Assembly: GCF_006345805.1 (NCBI RefSeq)
Contig: NC_043010.1
Coordinates: forward strand, 50,158,001 to 50,222,000
Direction: 5' to 3'
DNA: 64,000 bases
DNA from: Octopus sinensis
Lineage: Eukaryota
Shown in pieces: positions 63,503 through 64,000 of this stretch. The notes under the pieces were generated by a model. It was not told the origin of the DNA. It saw only the letters and a list, made by a program, of their open reading frames with translations, and did not search any database. Every line of letters begins with the position of its first letter. Within the stretch, counting starts at the first letter, position 1. The position numbers and the translations under genes are program-made.

Positions 63503-64000
63503 TTGGGGAAATTTGAACCTGGGTTCTCATTCCTAAGGTATTTTTCATCGTTGTTGTTGCTATTGTTATTGTTATTATTATTATTATATACCTATTTCTT
63601 TACTACCCACAAGGGGCTAAACACAGAGAGGACAAACAAGGACAGACAAATGGATTAAGTCGATTACATCGACCCCAGTGCATAACTGGTACTTATTTAA
63701 TCGACCCTGAAAGGATGAAAGGCAAAGTCGACCTCGGCGGAATTTGAACTCAGAACATAGTGGCAACGAAATACCTATTTCTTTACTACCCACAAGGGGC
63801 TAAACACAGAGAGGACAAACAAGGACAGACAAACGGATTGAGTTGATTACATCAACCCCAGTGCGTAACTGGTACTTATTTAATCGACTCTGAAAGGATG
63901 AAAGGCAAAGTCGACCTCGGCGGAATTTGAACTCAGAACGTAGCGGCAGACAAAATACCAGTAAGCATTTCGCCCGGCGTGCAAAAGATTCTGCCAGCTC

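Overview
AT-rich eukaryotic DNA packed with microsatellites and tRNA-derived SINEs. The repeat content is typical of an Octopus genome (inferred, not searched), and there is a 100-N scaffold gap at 21576-21675. Most ORFs in the supplied track are translated microsatellites. The main host gene, only glimpsed by the ORF track, is a minus-strand multi-exon secreted (yolk-type) ferritin spanning about 29533-51896. I reconstructed it by hand from GT-AG splice sites with consistent phases: signal peptide, helix A exon, helix B exon, two duplicated 36-nt micro-exons (plus three weaker micro-exon candidates) forming a BC-loop insertion, helix C exon and helix D/E exon. Its ferroxidase residues are intact, but the three-fold-channel residues are replaced. 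A probable terminal exon of a second minus-strand gene (PYQQ repeats) lies at 62853-63303. Mobile DNA includes decayed Penelope-like elements, R4/Dong-type LINE relics, Tigger/pogo, hAT and mariner relics, several MITEs and four SINE families. Several Penelope-type minimal hammerhead ribozyme motifs occur, one fully canonical and in sense orientation in ferritin intron 1. Two transposon-derived satellites (49 bp and about 178 bp units) and several long hairpins are also present. All calls come from manual reading; no database search was run.
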